This document shows, piece after piece, positions 12,053-22,724 of a DNA stretch of 54,390 nt. The DNA is from Toensbergia leucococca. Lineage: Eukaryota. Both the position numbers and the translations under genes were made by a program. Each line of letters begins with the position of its first letter. The first letter of the stretch is position 1. The stretch spans positions 1-54,390 of the forward strand of contig JALDZS010000158.1 in NCBI GenBank assembly GCA_022813965.1, given 5' to 3'. The notes beneath the pieces are model-generated. The model searched no databases and was not told where the DNA came from. It worked only from the letters and a program-made list of their open reading frames with translations.

Positions 12053-13315
12053 CTAGACATCCCTTCCCCCCACGGGGCTCAAATGCTCAAAATCGCGCAT
12101 CGCAAACAAATGCTTCCCACCCCTCAAACTGCCCCTGATGGCCTCTTCAGCATACGTTCTCATTTCCGCTTCGTACCTCCCAATCGCTTCCTTGCTAAAC
12201 CCCCCCTCCGCGCCCTTCACATCCTCTCCCAAAACGACCGCCAAAACAGCCGCATCCCTCAACGCCGTCGTCGCCCCCTTGGCCGCAGTGGGCGACATAG
12301 CATGCACCGCGTCTCCAACCAGTGTAACCCTCTCCTGTGGCTCCCAGACCAAAATCTCAGGCCTAGCCGTCGTGATTCTCAGAATAGAAGTATTGGAAAC
12401 GTCTTGGAGGGCGAAGAGGGGGTGGAAGGAAGGGTGCCAGTGTTTCGTGAGAGATTGAGTCAGGGCGGCTGCTTGCGGTGGGGAGAGGGAGAGGAGGGTT
12501 CTGTCATCGGGGGCGAGGAGGGAGGGGGGGAAGTTGTCGGTGCGGGTGACGAGGACCCAGTAGACATAATCGTCCGGGAGCTGGGCGCGGAACTCGTTAT
12601 CCTTGAAGCGAATCGGTTCGAGCAGTAGACTCAGCGGAATCTCGGCCTTGGAGCGATCTTGCACAAGCGTCATTCCCCCCAAAGCACGCGGCTCGAAGCA
12701 CCCCTCCAGCTCTGGCGTCAGCGGCGTCTTGCCGTAGAAAAATCGCCCCTCGGTATCGACGTAGGTCAGCTGGGGAAGGAACTGGCGCCGCACGCGGGAG
12801 TGGGCCCCGTCGGCGCCGACGAGTAGCGATCCCTGCGCAGAGCTACCGTCTTCGAAGTGCACCGTTATGCCCTCAGCGGTGATCTCGTACGACGAGAATG
12901 TTTTGCCGTATTCGATGTGCGGTTCTAGGCCGTGCAGAAGCACGCTGCGCAGCACATTTCGATCTGCGTTCAATGGCTGCATTTCGTCACCGCCCTGCTG
13001 GCCCTTTGGCGGACCGGCACCACTCATGCCCGTCGTTGGTAGGCCCGTCAGCGCATCGAGATGGGTTGGGAAGGCGCCGCTGGTGATGGGGGGACAGCTG
13101 GCGACCAGGCGGGCGAAGAGGTCTGGGGGGAGGAGCTGGGTTAGGGCGGTGATGCCGGGACCTTGAATCCGGACGCGGTAGCCTTGGGAGCGGACGTTGA
13201 GGGCTGGGTCGCGCTCGTAGAGGCGGAAGGGGAGGTTGGCGCGCAGGAGACCTTGGGCTAGGGCTAGGCCACTTATACCGGCGCCAGAGATTAGGATTGG
13301 GAGGGGAGGAGACAT
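12053..13315 (-). CDS. FAD-dependent monooxygenase (group A flavoprotein hydroxylase, FAD_binding_3), intronless, ~420 aa
   Basis: Rossmann motif ILISGAGISGLALAQGL..FRLYERD, DG motif LLVGADGAHSRVR and GD motif VTLVGDAVHAMSP. Start taken at MSPPLP (13315). Confidence 0.93.
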   Translation of the reverse strand: MSPPLPILISGAGISGLALAQGLLRANLPFRLYERDPALNVRSQGYRVRIQGPGITALTQLLPPDLFARLVASCPPITSGAFPTHLDALTGLPTTGMSGAGPPKGQQGGDEMQPLNADRNVLRSVLLHGLEPHIEYGKTFSSYEITAEGITVHFEDGSSAQGSLLVGADGAHSRVRRQFLPQLTYVDTEGRFFYGKTPLTPELEGCFEPRALGGMTLVQDRSKAEIPLSLLLEPIRFKDNEFRAQLPDDYVYWVLVTRTDNFPPSLLAPDDRTLLSLSPPQAAALTQSLTKHWHPSFHPLFALQDVSNTSILRITTARPEILVWEPQERVTLVGDAVHAMSPTAAKGATTALRDAAVLAVVLGEDVKGAEGGFSKEAIGRYEAEMRTYAEEAIRGSLRGGKHLFAMRDFEHLSPVGGRDV

Positions 13316-14068
13316 TGGTGGGGTAGGGTGGAGGTGGGATGAGCTGGGATGAGAGGGGTTGAAAAAGGCCAAAGGGACTCGGTGTAGTAGGTGGAGTAAA
13401 AGAGTGAAAAATAGGTCAGTCGGATATTTTGACTTTTGACAGGTAAATTGGTCGTTGTGTCTTATGAGATTATTAATCTGTAGGGTTGAATAGATTTGAT
13501 AGGATAGTAGGATGGTAGAATAGTAGGATATTAGGATGGTACGAGCTGATATAACGTCAATGTACAAATCATGTCACCTCGGTCCTTCGGCATTCGGCCT
13601 TCACACTTCCGGGTTTCAAGCCTCATCCCAAATGAGAAATGAGATATCGCAAAAGCCACGATTCAGGCAGCAGTGTTTGTATTCAGGAGATGGAGCATGC
13701 CGAGTAGCACTTGTTCCAGCTGGCAGAAGTTTGGCTTTCGGAAGAACACATCGTTGCAAGCTCAAGAAACGGAATTCAGCTAGACTCGAATAGAAAATGT
13801 GTTAGAAAATGGAGGAAGTCTCCTAATATATTGGTAGCATTCAGCGACACGCGTCAAGAAGTGGACACTTACACGCTTTCTGGGATACCCGGAGAGAGAT
13901 TCAAAGACGGCCTTGTTTGAGGATTGCCTGAAAACAAAGGAGGACAAGTGCAACCTACGTTTTGCAGGATTTGGGTGCTGATCATTCTTCATTACTTCTC
14001 TGGTCGTTCCTTTCAGGATTCGGTCTTTGTGATGGCGCTATCGGCGATAGGGTCAATGTTGAATATGA

Positions 14069-15475
14069 CTAGCCATTCAGGTGCCCGTGCACGACTCCAC
14101 AAGTCCTAACGTTTTGTCCCAGCAAAACATGCTGCCACGAACAACTGAGTAGTTCTCGGGTCGAGTTCACAAAACCTTCGAATTGCTGGAAGAGGGTGAT
14201 ATTTGCATGGGCTGGCAATGGATCGTACGCATTGGCATTTGCGCCATCTCCGTCCCTTTTTCTCTCCTTCTCTTTTTTAAAAGTCAAGGCATCCTCGACC
14301 CCGAGATATGCTCGCCCTCCCACCGACGGACTCGTCGGATTGCCCACGCAGACATTGATGAGCATGTCGAGAGCTTCTCGGATTTGCTGCCACGAGATAG
14401 TTGTAGTCACCGAAGCCGAGATGGCAAGAACACAGGTCTGGGAGTTGAGAAAAGTAGCTGAACCAGACTCGACCGTGATAGTATCAGATGGCGCACCGAG
14501 TTGTGAATACTCTATCTTGCTACAGTCAACTAGACTAGGGCCTCCTAGGTTTGCGTCGCAAGTGTACATCATTTGGCCATTCAAGCCCGTGGCACCCGAA
14601 TACCACTCCCACCAATACGGTGGGTTGCTGATGTCTCTTCGCATCTTATATATACTACCCATAAAAGTTCGCGCAGTTGAGATAAGAGAAGATTTGATGG
14701 GTCCTGGGGGCGCGGCAATAGCGCTGTCTATGATATTGCTATAGAGCTGGAGTCCGGTTGACGGGTCCTGATCGCCAGGATCAATCGTCTCTTCTCTTGT
14801 ATCCGTCACCTTGACAGTGAAGAATGATGTGTCCGGCGCTATGGTATCATGTCTAACATTAGCTTCGTCTCCCAACTTCTCATGTCAAGGCCTTACGATA
14901 GAGTCGAAAATTCCAAAAGTTCACGTTAGGGCTTGTCATGAAGTTCATCGTATTGGCGATACCCTTGGTGATAAAGCCTCCGAATCCAATTCTATCGACA
15001 CACTGGCTGATGACCCATCCAGCCATTCCCCGAAAATCATTCGGTGTGCCCCAAACAACCGCGTTTCGGCGGTCGAAATTTGCAGGCCCTGCCACTCAAG
15101 AATTATACTTCGTGATACACGGAAGAAGGACGAGATGACAGTGGCTAAGACTAACCAGCGAGGTCAATCACGATCTCGCAGTCACCTATCTCGCTAAGTC
15201 AAAGACACAGAACATCGCGCAGTTTCATATGACGGATGCTACTAACCATGACTGACCATAAAAGGTAATCCATTGGCCTCGTGCGTCGGCACAAAGTCGG
15301 TGCTGTTGAAAAAAGGCAAAGGATTCCACGGCTCAGGATCTACACCGTACGGCAGGGCGTTTGCAGCTATGTGACAATCCAAGCTTCCAGGAGTGCCGTA
15401 GTACTCATTGCATGTATGAAAGTCTGGTAGAACGGGCGGAATGATGAATAAAGGGAAAGAAGCGCTTCTTGGCAT
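14069..15475 (-). CDS. Cys-rich protein with two tandem similar small domains (possibly KP4/Ecp2-like fold); exons ~15475-15247, 15185-15156, 15088-14897, 14838-14069
   Basis: Three canonical introns join the ORFs into domain 1 (TCNEYYGTPGSLDCHIAANALP...HGDCEIVIDLAG...RGMAGWVISQCVDRIGFGG) and domain 2 (TCDANLGGPSLVDCSKI...TCVLAISA...WQQIREALDMLINVCV...GG). Start codon uncertain. Confidence 0.75.
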
Positions 15476-15833
15476 AATTGCAAGTAGTTGTATCGAATTA
15501 GGCAAGACGATGGAATGGGAGAGTAGAAGCTTGAAGAGTATCAAGCGTGTAGAAAATGCCAAAACGTAGATAGGCGCAGCTGCCAAGTGTTACACCATTC
15601 GTTTCGGCAGGCATGGCGGCAGCAGTAAAATCCCATCGAACCGTTGTTGCCCGTAGCGCGTATATAGACATCTGGAACCCGCCCCCTTGCGAAGAGAGGT
15701 ACAATTGGACCACCCCAGAAATTGGCAGAGAACATTAGATTAAAGGGAACATGATTATTTAGTCTCAAACCGACGACATGAGCTGTATCTTGAATGCTTT
15801 GTCCATTTTCCAGCGAGTCTTATTAGAACATTA

Positions 15834-17131
15834 TTATACCATATTACCACCCTCGACAAAGCTACCATCGTCACACAAGGTCCTCTCAGTCGAACAGGGT
15901 TCCGACCCACTTTTCCTTTCCTCGGCACATTGCTTCTTTTCTTGCACCCCCGAATCCTCCGACTGTAATATGAAACCTTCGGATTTTGTCCCTTTTGACC
16001 ACAGTCTAGAGATGTGAGCTCCTTGTATCATAGATCTCATGCCCGTAAGAATCGGCCTGGGTATCTGCGGCAGCCCGTTGCGGATTTCGTCACCATCCTG
16101 ATCGGAAGCAGGACGACCACGTAACAGCCTCTTCCTCCAGTAAGTTGGTGAGTTGGGAGGTTTTGGCGAAGGGCTACTTGATGGATTTGCAATAAAAAGA
16201 GAGCGGAAAGCGGAGACAGAAACCATAATGACTGCAATACTACATTCTTGTTGTTGCCAAAAAGCTAGCCAAACAATGTCGACAGCTCCACCGGCGAGCT
16301 TTATGCCGGAGATTCTGACCACAGCAACAACTACCATTACAAGAGATAGGCAGAGCGACACAGCCAAACCGATCTTCTGACGAAAGTTGATACGGACTTT
16401 CCATAATATAGCGACGGGAAAGGACACGACTAGAATATCCGTCACGACATCCAAGACGGTGGTGATGCTAGTGTCGCGTATCGTCCGATAGTCGGCCGAG
16501 GGCCCTGAGCATCCAGCTGAAGGACAAAGGTAAGCGAGGGATATCAAGATGAAGAATACCTTCTACTCACAAAGCACTGTTTCTATGGTAAAGTATGGGC
16601 AAGTCAACCAAGACACAGCAACACAGACTAAACCGGCAGGTATGGTGAACACGACAACACACCACCACCAGATATTGAGATTCCGAAGGCGGCTGATCAA
16701 GCGACGGAAGAAGAACAGGAAGGCCAATTTGACAGGGAAAATAACAAACCACCAGAGGGTGGAGGCGGCATTCTCCTTTTTGGAAACATCGGCGACCTTG
16801 TCTAAGATATCGAAGAGCAGACCATTCCCCCCGCCATGGAGAATTAGTGCGATGGAGTCATACTGGCTTTGCACCGTGCTATATGCCAAGCCAGTTGTAC
16901 CACACAAGCAGACGACGGCAAACAGGAGTAAGACATCCTCAGTCGAGAATTGTTTAAGAATGCGTGCCCTTATATAGGTGCGAATTGCATAAGTAGTTAT
17001 GGCCAATATGAAAAGAGTCCCCGTGACGCCCTGGCAAGCTTATCAGCTATGTCATTGGGGAAAGGAAATGTGGCCAGGCCTACCCTGTTGGCGGCGATTG
17101 ATATGCGTGATGTGGACTCGGGTTGCGACAT
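15834..17131 (-). CDS. PTH11-like (fungal rhodopsin-domain) integral membrane protein without CFEM; 3 exons
   Basis: MSQPESTSRISIAANR|GVTGTLFILAITTYAIRTYIR...EDVLLLFA...VKLAFLFFFRRL...LDVVTDILVVSFPVAILWKVRINFRQKIGL...VRI...WQQQECSIAVIMVSV, matching the PTH11 family pattern. Confidence 0.88.
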
Positions 17132-17721
17132 GTAGTGATATTTTGCAGGTTTGGGATACAATGCGCAATAGAGAGAGAAGTTGAGGGATCGAGAAAAGAG
17201 AACATTGCGATGGATTCGTAGCCGTGCGAGGTATATAATGTCAATTGGACAGAAGTGTGGGACATGGCCTTGCGGCCCAGCATCCAGCTCACGTCAGATT
17301 GTTATCTAAAGCATGCAATTGATTCGCGAGATAGTGTTCGGCCAGGAAGGCTGAGCATTGACTGCAAAGATGACAGGATGATTATGATGAGTACAAGACC
17401 AAAGGATCCATTTCCCGAGTATGTGATGGGTGGACTGGTACGAGTACTTCAAACCGGCAATGATGCATCATTTTTGTATTCCTCCGTCTTACTGCACCGT
17501 CAGAACAGCAACGTGGTAAGATTTGCATGTAGCGAACGGTGAAGCATCCATGTAGGAGGGGGTCAATATCTTCACAAGCAAGATGAACACCGGAGTTGGA
17601 CGAGGAGGAGTGGAGGGAGTCGTTGAATGAACCCCAGGTGGTACGTGCACACGCATAAAATCGAGGATACCACCAATACGAGCATTAATTTCAATAAACG
17701 AGTACCGAGTCTCGCGGTGAC

Positions 17722-17777
17722 AACTAAAAGCCGGAAATCCTAGGTGAGGGGTCGCCTAGAAATCCCGGCTTTTAGTT
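17722..17777. promoter_or_regulatory. Imperfect inverted repeat (26-bp arms, 22/26 match, 4-nt GGGG loop) in the divergent PTH11-like/P450 promoter
   Basis: aactaaaagccggaaatcctaggtga-gggg-tcgcctagaaatcccggcttttagtt. The outer 13 bp are perfect and each arm contains CCGG. Confidence 0.7.
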
Positions 17778-17990
17778 AGAATAATACTTTCGGAGTACCT
17801 ACTTACTCGAGAACTACCTAACCCAAGGTCCCTCGCCCCATAGTCCACACTTTACCCAGTACTCCGTCCATCAACCTTCCACTTTGAGCTTCAAATGTGC
17901 AGAGAGACTCTCCCCCCAATTGATGCCCTTTATGTGGGCAGTAGAGTCCTCCAGGCAGAACTAGAGCCCACACTCCTGTAAAGGGGCCCG

Positions 17991-19633
17991 ATGGAGTCCA
18001 AGCCCACTCTTACCCTGCTGCTCCTTCTGGCCGCTACAGCTGCCCTGTACTATCTATTTGACCATGTCTACGCTCCCAAACATCTTCCCAACGAGCCGCC
18101 CGTCGTCTCCCAGTCCATCCCTTATATTGGCCATATTCTAGGCCTACTTCGCCATGGCACCAGATACTATCAGAAGACAAGGTATTTCCACGCCATGTAC
18201 TTGTATAGGACTGATAAGCTAATGCCTGTATCCACAGCGCCAGATGCAAACTCCCCATCTACACCTTGAACATGCTAAATGGCAAGGTCTATGTTGTCAC
18301 ATCCCCCGAACTAGTAAATGCTGTCAATCGCAATTCGAAAGCCTTGGCCTTCAATCCATTCGTTGCCGCACTCGGAAAGCGTATCACTGGTCATGATGAA
18401 GCCACAAGTCAAATAGTCCAGCACAATCTCAACGGCGAGCAGGGTCCCGGCTATGTCATTGAAGTTCATGATGGCATTGTCGAAGCCTTGGCACCAGGAA
18501 AGAATCTCCAGAACATGACAGAGTCAATGCTACGGGAGGCTTCAGCATACCTTGAAGCTCTAGACGAGAACAATGACATCGGCCTTTTCGCGTGGGTGCG
18601 GCGTGTGGTGACAATGTCTAGCACGAGGGGGATATACGGACCTGAGAACCCATTCAACAAAAATCATAAGTACTGCGACTTGTTCTGGTAGGTTTCAGTA
18701 CCATGGCCGACTGTCACCATTTAACACCTCCGTAGGGATTTTGATCATGATCTCAATCTTCTTATTGTGGACATTGCGCCAAACATAATCGCGCCAAAGG
18801 GGAATCGGGCACGCTCAGAACTTGCTGTTGCTTTCCAGCAATATTTTGAGAAATATGTTCCGGGACAAACGGAGAGCTCTGCAATGATTCGAGCTCGGTC
18901 TTCTGTAGCAACAAAGTACGGCGTTTCATCGTGGAATCAAGGACGTCTCGAAGTCGGCACTTTGCTAGGTATCCTCGCAAACACCATACCCTCTGCGTTC
19001 TACATGCTCGTTCGCGTATATTCCGATCCAGCGCTGCTGCAGGATATCCGTGATGAAATCGAAGCCACCTCTATTTCAATCTTACAGGGTGAGGTAACGC
19101 GGAATCTCCATATCAACACCATGCGAGAGAAATGCCATCTTCTGTACTCCACATTTCAGGAGGTATTACGATATCACGCCCAGGGTGGTGGTGCCCGCTT
19201 TGTTCGCGAGGATACTGTACTTGACAGCCAATATCTTCTGAAGAAAGGAATGATAATTCAGATGCCAATGGCAGTCATGCACTCGGATCCTTCAATATGG
19301 GGACTTGACGTCAAAGATTTTCAACCGAGGCGGTTTCTAAGACAAGAGGATGCCGATAAAGGGCTCAAGCAGAAGGTGACGGCCTATCGACCATTTGGAG
19401 GTGGAGCCTCGATGTGTCCAGGACGGCATTTTGTAACGCTAGAGACCCTGGCATTGACAGCATATATGGTATTGAGATATGATGTGATTCCCTTGAGCGG
19501 AAAATGGACCGTTCCAGCGCAAAAACAGGAGAGTCTGGCTACCAACGTGTTTCCGCCAGAACACGATTTCAGGGTGAAAATAACTAGAAGACCGGGATTT
19601 GAAGACGTAAATTGGGACTTCAGTATGACGTGA
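17991..19633 (+). CDS. Cytochrome P450 (CYP7/CYP8-like I-helix signature); 3 exons (17991-18181, 18238-18687, 18736-19633)
   Basis: N-terminal TM anchor plus EPPVV..IPYIGH, I-helix GILANTIP, ExxR (QEVLR), FQPRRF and heme motif RPFGGGASMCPGRHF. Confidence 0.95.
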
Positions 19634-22453
19634 TGATTGGTCACCATCTACTGTCTCTGTTGTTCTACTTCGATTCTCTCACAACAGCGAAGCTTCTCGT
19701 GAACGTTTTGCTCCTCGATGCCCCTGTTTTTAAACAGCAATACGGGTCAGAAATGCGGTGCTGCCAGTGTTATCCTCTGTGTTGATACGACTTGGCAATA
19801 CTCGAACTTCGCGGGATAATCAAGGGGAAAATTATCGACTTGATGATACACGGGTTCTGGTCTGGGTGTCTGTTGTTTTGATGTCCTTCACTCTGCTTTC
19901 CCTCTATAACTTGGTCTCCCTGTCAGACCGCACATTTTCAGGGATCATAACCCGCAAGACTTCAAGCCATTCCGTCAAGCTATAACAAAACAATCCATCA
20001 CCTTAAGCAGGCTATTATCACTGGGGCTTGAGCGAAGAGGAAGGCAATGAAGGAGAAATTGGAGGGCAGCAGAGAGGTAACGGACCCCAGTAAGGGCCCC
20101 GGTAAAAAAAAACGATTTAAGGAGAGGAGCGGTTACGAATGAGTAGTGGATTGGAGAGGAGATGACTGGGACGGACCGTCAGGGTAATGACTTGCCGGTT
20201 TGAGCACCGATATTGAGCTTAGAACGGTCAGAGGCGGTGATGGTGACGATAGGTTGAGTATTTAGCCATCCGTTCGTCTGGTTTTATACTATTCTTTAGG
20301 TTCCCTTCCTCCTCTAATCGCTACTGGCAATTCTTTCCTTGTTGCCATTCACCTTCGATCAGGTGATTGTAGAAGAGTGGGAAATGTGCTGTTTGAGAGA
20401 GATTTGTTTCAGCAACGCGTGTGATAGCGAGAAAAGAGGTACAAAGGGGGTTGATTTTTGTGTGAATAATTAGCTTGTGCGGAACTCTTTACAATTCTTG
20501 ACATTGAGAAAATCGCCCTCGCCCTCAACGATCTTAGGGAAATGGTGGTAAACAGAGTTTGAATTAAGCATATCATACTGAGCTTGTGGGTGGTACTTCA
20601 TCATGTACTTTTACTGCAACAAGAATCAGTCAAATTCCCTTGATTCCAAACGAAGATATCGGAACATCAACCCATCTTGGCATTTCCCACACTCCTATCT
20701 CACTTTTTGATTTCTCAACATTCTCACTCCTCATCCACGCTCCTCAATTCTCGCCCAAAGAATACTGTATCAGGGAAGGAGACCGACCAACAGGTTCTAT
20801 AAAACAAGCCTGGCAATACAAATTCATGATTACAAAACGACAAAAATATGGCCTATACCACCTTGACTCTCTGGACCCCTTGAACAGTACCTGTGCCCAA
20901 GCTCAGGGAAATTCTCTACAACGCCAATGCAGGAGGCTTACATCCGCGAAGACTTTTTCCCCACTCCCCTTTCGTTGGATCAGATTGCTATCGTGCTCCA
21001 CAGGCAGATAGCAGATTATTGCATTCATCCTTGGCTGTTGTCTTCGAGTCCATTGCATACATAGATCTCACTCTTTTGCACCGATTGATTGTAGACAGTC
21101 ATTCCTTCCTCACTAGATGATTAGTCACATAAGCAACCCATTCCAGCTTTCTCGATCCTTTAGGTTACCAAATCCTACCTATATATCCATAGATTTCATC
21201 CAATTTTCAGTTCCTCGATCCTCCATATACTAGGGCTGCCCCAAATCCAACCTGGCCACCTCCTTGACCTCGTCCCAAGAGGTGCACCGAAAAGCCAAAC
21301 AAATCCACTTAATCTCAATTTCAACCTTTTGAACCCTTTTGGTTTAGACTCAGTCGTTCACCCTTTTCGCTCAAGCCCTCTTGAAACAGAAGAATAGAGA
21401 GGGAACCTAAGTCAGTAAAACACCAAATACACGGAGACGAACTCTATCATTCAGTAACACTTCCAGAACCTGATGGAAGCGAGCCTATGAACTGGATCAG
21501 ATGCAGTAAGCCAGCTTGATTTGCGTCCGGCATGGAAGAGAATGGAAAACATATCTTTTTCTCCCAGGGGAGGATCAAGGGATAGACTGCACTGGTATGG
21601 ATGACTTTGTTGAAGAAGGGGAGAAGAAATAGGCACACATAACGCGGCGGAGACGATGAGAACTTTAAGGAAGTCACACATCACAAGAATATATTCAACT
21701 CAATTTCATACCTCTCGCCCTACTAGACGTGAAAAGCTAAACGTTATCCAGGTGAAAGCTACAGAAATTTATGAAGAGCTGCTAAAGATCTCTCTTCTCT
21801 TTGCGTCCTGAATCGGAAGTTTTTCAAGAGGCTTACGAAATGTCAAAGGGTTACTCATCCACTTGGAATATTACCCTGTCTTCATAAGCAAATTGCGGTC
21901 AGTCGTGATTGCATCGCCATAACAGCTGCAAAATTGAACGTTACGGCGAGGGAGGGGGCCTTTTCTAGAAGCCAATATTTGTTTTGCCTAGAAGCGATGG
22001 AGTACTCAAGCCCCCCCAGATGGTTCAACGTTGCAGTGAATGAATGGGGGTTTTCCTTGAAGACTTGCTAGATAGATCTGCGCTACTCGAAATTCGGCGT
22101 GTAGAATTATTAGCCCAGTCATGAGCCTGAACTGTTTCACTTCGGGTTCCTCTTTAGCTCGCAGAAGGTGGTTCCCTGATCCAAGAAATTCTTCTTGAAT
22201 CGCCCAAGGCGTGGTGATGCGAGCGAGCCCTCCGAACTCGTTTTAGGATGAGCTGCTACTGGATCAAGTCATTGATGCGACAGGACTTACCTCGTGGCGA
22301 TGCAAGGGGCTCTGTACTTGTCACCTTGTCCCGATTGCTGTCTCGGCTTCGAACTTCAAGTCTGCTTTCAACAAAATTTTATTGATTACAAGAGGTGTAC
22401 GGAGCAGATTTCTACTAGAGAAGAATGGAGGTAGGTAGGAGAGAACACAACAC

Positions 22454-22495
22454 GCACTACACCATTGTACCAGCGCCATTAGGAATCGAACCTAA
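22454..22495 (-). other. tRNA-like fragment: perfect T-arm/B box followed by a D-arm/A-box-like hairpin; not a complete tRNA
   Basis: Minus strand reads TTAGG-TTCGATT-CCTAA TGGCGC TG-GTAC-AATGGTGTA-GTGC. No anticodon arm or convincing cloverleaf could be built. Confidence 0.35.
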
Positions 22496-22724
22496 TATGA
22501 GATTATGACCCTAGCAACTGTAGGTAGGTCTTTGAATAGATTTATCCTGAGGTGTGGTCGCGCTAAGTTAGCTTCCATTGCACGGGACTTTCAACTTTTA
22601 GTAACATCCGTCTCGATTATTCCTCAACGTACGACATGAGACAGAATACTCTCCAACATATGCTGAACTCGCAAACTTCACATTGGCCCGTTTCAGTCTC
22701 CTCCCGTTTTACCGGGGAGGGAAG

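Noticed and set aside
11972..12628. Long antisense/alternative-frame ORFs here and over other genes (e.g. 44144-44659, 52487-52948, 52859-53638)
   Set aside because: Shadows of real genes or of C/G-skewed, stop-poor sequence; no recognisable motifs.
12053..13315. Horizontal transfer of the intronless, GC-rich FAD monooxygenase
   Set aside because: Intronless members are common in fungi, and the composition is explained by the local skew domains. No phylogeny is available to support transfer.
13316..13567. 84-aa upstream extension of the monooxygenase ORF
   Set aside because: Low-complexity, UTR-like sequence. The Rossmann motif normally lies within ~10 aa of the start, which fits ATG 13315.
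22380..22570. Complete tRNA gene around the GGTTCGATTCC motif
   Set aside because: A weak acceptor pairing (AGCGCGA/TGGCGCT) exists, but there is no upstream D-arm/A box or anticodon arm. Kept only as a fragment.
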